This document shows, piece by piece, positions 58,598 to 64,000 of a stretch of DNA of 64,000 nucleotides. The stretch is from Bdellovibrionales bacterium (GTDB taxonomy: Bacteria > Bdellovibrionota > Bdellovibrionia > Bdellovibrionales > UBA840). Both the position numbers and the translations under genes were made by a program. Position 1 is the first letter of the stretch. Each line of letters begins with the position of its first letter. Under the pieces are notes generated by a model. The model was not told the origin of the DNA, did no database searches, and saw nothing but the letters and a program-made list of their open reading frames with translations. The stretch lies in contig JBGCGH010000027.1 of NCBI GenBank assembly GCA_045110695.1, forward strand, positions 20,219 to 84,218, in the 5' to 3' direction.

Positions 58598-61311
58598 AGA
58601 CGCCTCCAATCGCAATCTTTACAGTTTAAATCTATATCTCTTGGCTGAGGAAGAATGTCTCCAGACTGGATCGAGCTGGCGATGGCCTGAATCTGTGTTT
58701 TTGCATCCACAATTAAGTCTTCTTTTTCCTCTTCCGTAATTCCATTTGTTTTCCTACCAATAGCCGGTAAAAATTCTTGGCTTGCAGATTTAAGCTGAAA
58801 TCCTGTGCTTCTAAGCCAGGGCTTCAAACTATAGTAAGCTGCGGCATTCACTTTAGTGTTTTCGAAGAACTCTAGATAAGCTGTATATAGACTTAGTTGG
58901 AGATCACCTTCCTCTTTCCACTTAGGGTGATTTTTCTTATCCCCTTTAGAACTCTTATAATCTATCACTACCTGGTGGCTTCCATCTCCGTCAATCCGGT
59001 CAATCACTCCAGTGATCAAAATACAGCTTTCGGTTTCATTGGTTGAGAATTCCTCCGTAGCTAAATCAAAAAAAGCTTCAAACCTTTTTTCTCTTGAAAT
59101 AGTATTTGTCTTGGGAAATTCATTACGCCACTCAATTTCAAATTTTTGAAATTTCTGAGCAAGTTTTAAGTAGTAGGTCTTTAAAGAGCTCCAGCGCCGC
59201 TGATCTCCCAGCTCTGATTTGTTTTCCTGACAAACTTGATCCACTATAGCAGCTAAATCAAGATCACCAAGATGGTCCTGATCTTTTAGTATAAGCTCAA
59301 ACAAGCGATGGATAATTGAACCATTCTTCATTCTATCAATGTCGAGATCTAAATCTGGTAATTCTTGCAAGCCAAAAAGGCTTCTGGCAGCAAACTTAAA
59401 TGGACATTTTAGATACTCTTCTAATTTGGAGGCAGAGAACCTTTTATAATCTATGTAAGAGTTATTGTCCGAATCGTAACGCCCAATATCTCTTTCTAGA
59501 GCCAGTGAGCTCATACTTGTTTTCTCTACCGATAAAGATTTTGTGAGTTGGTTTTGATCTTGAAAAATCTCGGGAGCAATATTTAATTCTTCGACATCTT
59601 CTTCTCGAAGCGTTTTTTCCTTTAACCAAATTAAGCTAGGTCCTTTAATCTCTGCCGATAAATTTGAGGCAGAAAAGCTCAAGTGGTACTTAAAGTCTTT
59701 AGTTAGGCTCCAGTAAAACTCATACTCTAAGCTTTGATTCTCCACCGGTGAGATAGGAAATCCAGTTTGGCTACGAATAGAAGCGACTTCACCGAGACTT
59801 ATTTGTAAACTTGAGGAGCCGGTTTGAAAACAGCTATCCTCAATACCAATGAAGAACACTTCTTTAAAGTTTACGTATTCTGTTGAGCTGAGATCGATAC
59901 AAACTAATCCTTCAGAACTACCTATGCTTTGAATTTGTTCCATCCGCCCAAGCTTGGCTTTAAAATAGTTCGTCCACTCAGAGGGACTAAAACTCATTTT
60001 CGAGGGAACTTCTGCTAGGACCGCTTTTAATAGCTGCTCCAATGCATTTAAGTTTTCCTCTGAGTTCCATAGACTTAGTGACCACAATAGAAACTCATCC
60101 CGTGAAAGACTTGGCTTTGAAACCTGAATGGACTGAAACATTTTCTCCACAGCCCCTGATCGACTTATATCTCTATGGGAATAAACTTTGTTGTACAATC
60201 TTTTGAAATCGGTAAAAGAAAATTCTGGGTTTGAACTAGAAAATAAACTTAGCTCCAAATCACTAGCAAGCCAGTTGCGTACTCCAATTTGCATTTCCGC
60301 CAACCAAACTTGCATACTTGGTAAGGAAAGTATTTTTCCCACACTAGGTCTTTGAGCAGGAATTCCCTCACGCTCTAGCATGAGTTTTAATACTCCCCAA
60401 TAATCTCCAATATCAGCGGCAACGATTCCCATTTGGTTTAAAGCAATCCCTTGTTCATAGGACTTTCTGACTTTAGACAAAATCGATTTTAGCTCCATAA
60501 CCGTGTTGGAGTATTTTTCCACTGAGACAAGCTCCGCAAGCCCCTGCGCTCGGCGCTCAATCCTATCTGGGCTATCCATGAGTTGTTGTAGAATAGGGCT
60601 TGGGTCTTTGGATAGAAAAGGTCTGTAGACTTCAAAATATAAACTTAAATCCGTTTTTTCCGAAAGAACAGGTACTAACACCTCTATATCGATAAAATCG
60701 GAGAGCTGAGCGAAAAACTCCGCCTCTTGAAACTCAATATTTAATCCTAAATCAATATAGATCTTACGATCCCAGTGATCTATTTGCACATCTCCTGCCC
60801 TATCAACGAGTAAACCGCTAATCCAATTAGGTAGAAGTATTTTTTCCTCTAAACAGTATTCCCAAATCTCTTGAGCAAGCAAATACCAATGCCCCCACCT
60901 TTGAAAGGCTTCAGTATTTTCTAAAAACCATTCCCGCATCATTTCATTTCCGTTGGGATGGGAGAAGACACAAACAAACTGTTGAATGTAGCCAATAACA
61001 GATTGTGAAGCGGTTTTGGTTTTAGCCCAATCCTCATCTCTATCTTTTAATCTTTTTTTCAAAAAACTAAGCATGAAATCGCGGCCAACAACTCTATAAT
61101 CTGGTAAAAGAGTTTTTGATAGAAAGGACCAAAAATCATTGGGCCGAAAAACGGCTTCCTCTTGAATTAGTTTTTGCTTTTTAAGGGCGTGATTTTGCCA
61201 TTCAAACTTAGAGCGCAAATCAGCCACAAGAATCGTTTCAGAGCCGGGGTCTACAGCCTCTAATATTTTTCTTTTTTCTGAAATACTGTATACTGGTCTG
61301 ATTTTAAGCAC
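58570..61311 (-). CDS. addB: AddB-type PD-(D/E)XK nuclease subunit with Fe-S staple
   Basis: SASKLEEYLKCPFKF, GVIDRID, IDYKS, QLSLY, CKDCDWRRLC; directly upstream of addA. Confidence 0.88.
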   Translation of the reverse strand: MLKIRPVYSISEKRKILEAVDPGSETILVADLRSKFEWQNHALKKQKLIQEEAVFRPNDFWSFLSKTLLPDYRVVGRDFMLSFLKKRLKDRDEDWAKTKTASQSVIGYIQQFVCVFSHPNGNEMMREWFLENTEAFQRWGHWYLLAQEIWEYCLEEKILLPNWISGLLVDRAGDVQIDHWDRKIYIDLGLNIEFQEAEFFAQLSDFIDIEVLVPVLSEKTDLSLYFEVYRPFLSKDPSPILQQLMDSPDRIERRAQGLAELVSVEKYSNTVMELKSILSKVRKSYEQGIALNQMGIVAADIGDYWGVLKLMLEREGIPAQRPSVGKILSLPSMQVWLAEMQIGVRNWLASDLELSLFSSSNPEFSFTDFKRLYNKVYSHRDISRSGAVEKMFQSIQVSKPSLSRDEFLLWSLSLWNSEENLNALEQLLKAVLAEVPSKMSFSPSEWTNYFKAKLGRMEQIQSIGSSEGLVCIDLSSTEYVNFKEVFFIGIEDSCFQTGSSSLQISLGEVASIRSQTGFPISPVENQSLEYEFYWSLTKDFKYHLSFSASNLSAEIKGPSLIWLKEKTLREEDVEELNIAPEIFQDQNQLTKSLSVEKTSMSSLALERDIGRYDSDNNSYIDYKRFSASKLEEYLKCPFKFAARSLFGLQELPDLDLDIDRMKNGSIIHRLFELILKDQDHLGDLDLAAIVDQVCQENKSELGDQRRWSSLKTYYLKLAQKFQKFEIEWRNEFPKTNTISREKRFEAFFDLATEEFSTNETESCILITGVIDRIDGDGSHQVVIDYKSSKGDKKNHPKWKEEGDLQLSLYTAYLEFFENTKVNAAAYYSLKPWLRSTGFQLKSASQEFLPAIGRKTNGITEEEKEDLIVDAKTQIQAIASSIQSGDILPQPRDIDLNCKDCDWRRLCRAPHFIQ

Positions 61312-61375
61312 GAAAACAAGTTAGCAATAAAGACTGTCACTAGCAATTTTTTTGTAAGCTTAAAAAGAAATGTGT

Positions 61376-62500
61376 CTATCTTCGTTGCTTTAGTTTACGC
61401 CGGTTGACGGAGCCAAAATCCGAAAAGTTGAAGTCCATATCAAAGCCCAACTCCATAGCAATTTGAAGCATATAGCGCCTATCTTCATCTTGCCCAGGGT
61501 ATTCACCTAGCTCTACACCATAAGTAGCAAACTCAATATCCAAAGGTCCCAACCCAAGACCAGCACCCCAGGTATAATAGCCCTGACTAAACCCACCCCT
61601 AACGGTAATCAACGGAAGATCTACCTCCACACCAAAATGTAGTTTTTTACCTAAAGGCTCAGATGTTTTATTGATGTGTTTATAGTCAAAGGCGGGTCGT
61701 ATGATTAAACCAGGTGCTTCAATATCCATTGCCCACCCCAACATTAACTCTGACTTAATTCCCGCAGGATCTGTTCCCCCATCCGTTGTAGATTGAAAGC
61801 TGGTATCTCCCACATTTCGGTAAACTAAAGCTAAGCGAGATGGGATTCCAGTGGGAAGGTACCACAACATTCCCACATCTAAACCTAAGCCCGTTCCGTT
61901 CTGGTTTATAGAGTCGGTGACATCATTAGAATTTAATGACTGCAAAGTCTCAATCCCAACAGGAACCATACCTCCGGATCGTGTTAGTCTCCGAGCTGTT
62001 ATTCCTAAAGCAAAAGCTGGAGTCATATTAAAAGACAAACCAAAGGCGTAGCCTAGATCATTAAAGTAGGTCACGTTAAAGGTGGGAAATGTGGGGTTCT
62101 CTAGAGCTAGATTCACATAACCTGCGTCATAGTAAGTAAAACCAAAATTTTTCATATAAAATGCAGCTTGAGCACCGAAGCCTAGCCAAATGGGGTTTCC
62201 ATAAAGAGCATCTAGTTGCTCCGACAAATCTGCGGCATCACTTAAATTATTAACAGTCTCAACAGCAGATTCTCCATTCAAACCAATATCTAAGTCAAAA
62301 AGACTGACATAAAATCCCTCTACCTGATTTAAGCCGGCCGGGTTATAAAACAGAGCATCCCTATCTCTTACCACTGCACTATAAGCACCACCCATCGCTA
62401 AAGCTCGAACAGATTGTCCAGGCTCATAAAGCTCAGCCGAACTCAAATTTTGAGTCAGAAAAACTAGAGTGAAGGATAAAATTATAGAGTTTATGGACAT
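61376..62500 (-). CDS. Outer-membrane protein, TraF/PorV/FadL-like barrel
   Basis: RALAMGGAYSAV...ALFYNPAGL plug motif, GLDVG, LHFGVE, RGGFSQGY. Confidence 0.75.
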   Translation of the reverse strand: MSINSIILSFTLVFLTQNLSSAELYEPGQSVRALAMGGAYSAVVRDRDALFYNPAGLNQVEGFYVSLFDLDIGLNGESAVETVNNLSDAADLSEQLDALYGNPIWLGFGAQAAFYMKNFGFTYYDAGYVNLALENPTFPTFNVTYFNDLGYAFGLSFNMTPAFALGITARRLTRSGGMVPVGIETLQSLNSNDVTDSINQNGTGLGLDVGMLWYLPTGIPSRLALVYRNVGDTSFQSTTDGGTDPAGIKSELMLGWAMDIEAPGLIIRPAFDYKHINKTSEPLGKKLHFGVEVDLPLITVRGGFSQGYYTWGAGLGLGPLDIEFATYGVELGEYPGQDEDRRYMLQIAMELGFDMDFNFSDFGSVNRRKLKQRR

Positions 62501-63291
62501 ACACATCCAACATCAGAGGAGTCTGCACCACAAACATCCAAACCAATTTCATTCGCATTAATTACAGTTAGTGCTAGCTTTTCTTCACTACTATCAACAT
62601 CTGCAATATCTGTATCCGTAAGTAAAGCCTCTATCGCTGGAGGTAAAGCCGATACTGCGGTATCCAAACCAGCACTTGCTAGATTGGTAAACAATCTTAC
62701 CAAGGCAGTAAACAGCTCCTTTGCCTGATCCCCTGTCTCTGCGTTGAAAGAGCTGGGAATATCAGAGCAAGGATCAAAGCCAGGATCTAGGGTATTATCC
62801 ACTAGGGCTCCCTCAGTATTTACGATAGAACCAATTTTTGACATCGCTAAGTAAACTCTAGCAATGTAATCCGACTGCGTAAGCCCATCGGCGGAAATAC
62901 CATCAAAGGCTGTTTCTGCATTTTTACAAGCTGTTTGGGAGTCAACATCTGCGTCCTCAAAATGAGTAAGCAAAAAATTTGATAGGGTATCTGAACTATC
63001 AGAAAAACCAGTTTGAAATGGAACGAATTCCAAACCACATTGCCCCCCATAAGCTGAACCAAGAAGCCTAAGAGTATCGTCCTCTGCTTGAGCAGCAGTG
63101 CTCATACTTTGGATTTTAGAAATAGCCGTTTCAAAGTCCTTGGCCTCTAGAGCTCGGTTGGCATCATAGAGAAGAGCTTTGTCGCTATTTTTATCCGCGG
63201 AGGCACTGAATAAATTAAATTCCCCACCACAGGAAACTAAAAGTGAAAGTGCGATACTGATAAGACCTATTTTTAAAAAAGTTCTGTCCAT
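62491..63291 (-). CDS. Hypothetical acidic, Cys-containing lipoprotein
   Basis: Lipobox LVSC; TPR-like helix pair; AYGGQCG; C-terminal C..C.C. Confidence 0.78.
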   Translation of the reverse strand: MDRTFLKIGLISIALSLLVSCGGEFNLFSASADKNSDKALLYDANRALEAKDFETAISKIQSMSTAAQAEDDTLRLLGSAYGGQCGLEFVPFQTGFSDSSDTLSNFLLTHFEDADVDSQTACKNAETAFDGISADGLTQSDYIARVYLAMSKIGSIVNTEGALVDNTLDPGFDPCSDIPSSFNAETGDQAKELFTALVRLFTNLASAGLDTAVSALPPAIEALLTDTDIADVDSSEEKLALTVINANEIGLDVCGADSSDVGCVCP

Positions 63292-63574
63292 ACTTCTAGT
63301 TTAGCCTAGATATATCTATGTGTAAGGTAGCCAGCCCAAGCCCCTCCCTAAGAATAGGGAAAAAAACTCCACACATTTAAAACCAATTCTCCGTTCAAAC
63401 ATTTGCAATTGATATCAGATAGCCACCAAGACTTTTGGTTGGCTTGCCTCAGAAACTAAGCCCCACAATACCATTAATAGAAACCAACCTTAGGTCTAAA
63501 AAGTCTCATTTTGTATCAACAATAAAGCGTCAAACTCCGAAAGAGAAAGGGCATGGCTAAGGAAGGCGGCGAGA

Positions 63575-64000
63575 ATGACTAAATTTATAATTTTCTATAT
63601 CGCATTTACGTTTAATGTTTCAATTAAAGCGGGGGAACGTTTTGAGTTTTACAATGGTGCTCGTCAACTTGGAATGGGAGGCGCAAGCATTGGAGTTGTA
63701 AATGATGAAACAGCGGTTCTTCTAAACCCTGCTGGAATGGGGAAATTAAGAAATGCCTTTGTCACCTTGGTAGATCCAGAGATCCATGTATCTGGCCCCG
63801 CCTCTCAAACTCTTTTAACAGGCGGTTCTCTTTCTACTCTAAACGATGCCCAAGGAATGGCGGATACTCTTGGTACCACCGCAGATAAAAGCACTCACTT
63901 TGGTTATCAGGTGTTCCCTTCTTTTGTTTTACCTAACTTTGGTATCGGCATGCTTGCCAGCTCCTTTTGGGATGGACAAACGGACTCCACCGGAGCCAAT
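63575..64000 (+). CDS. Outer-membrane TraF/PorV-like protein, 5' part (runs off window; not in ORF track)
   Basis: MTKFIIFYIAFTFNVSIKAGERFEFYNGARQLGMGGASIGVVNDETAVLLNPAGMGKL; paralog of 61376-62500. Confidence 0.8.
   Translation, partial: MTKFIIFYIAFTFNVSIKAGERFEFYNGARQLGMGGASIGVVNDETAVLLNPAGMGKLRNAFVTLVDPEIHVSGPASQTLLTGGSLSTLNDAQGMADTLGTTADKSTHFGYQVFPSFVLPNFGIGMLASSFWDGQTDSTGAN

Noticed and set aside
55517-61311. Helicase-nuclease pair as an anti-phage or Cas4-associated system
   Set aside because: Architecture and order match housekeeping AddAB; no cas genes or repeat-spacer array are present.
61376-62500. Conjugative element implied by TraF-like similarity
   Set aside because: No relaxase, T4SS, integrase or att-like repeats; flanks are core chromosomal genes.
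1-64000. tRNA, rRNA, CRISPR arrays, IS or prophage
   Set aside because: None recognised by eye. Intergenic regions are short and lack repeat-spacer periodicity; tRNAscan/Infernal would be needed to exclude small RNAs.

Overview
AT-rich bacterial chromosomal window whose gene content points to a Bdellovibrionota-like organism (inferred from the Agl-Glt gliding operon, GYF/PilZ proteins, a nuo operon lacking the membrane subunits, AddAB and a long MlaD). It is densely coding and mostly on the - strand. Contents in order: YjgN/M48 pair; recO-mgtE-flippase; small redox genes; an unusual overlapping-ORF operon encoding divergent NuoB/NuoC/NuoD/NuoI-like proteins plus a degenerate cysteine-desulfurase-like protein (6642-9739, the best candidate for an undescribed system); a TetR-linked TolC operon with no pump partner; canonical nuoB-CD-E-F-G-I; a subtilisin; a PAS kinase; a 12-gene Agl-Glt gliding operon behind a sigma28-like promoter; HAD, NUDIX and ttcA; a long HK-DGC-alr-mlaEFD-(Zn/GYF/TPR)-lipoprotein-aminotransferase-cysE run; nadB; addAB; and a divergent pair of paralogous TraF/PorV-like outer-membrane proteins. 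I saw no rRNA, tRNA, CRISPR array or mobile element. All calls come from motif reading by eye; no database search was run.
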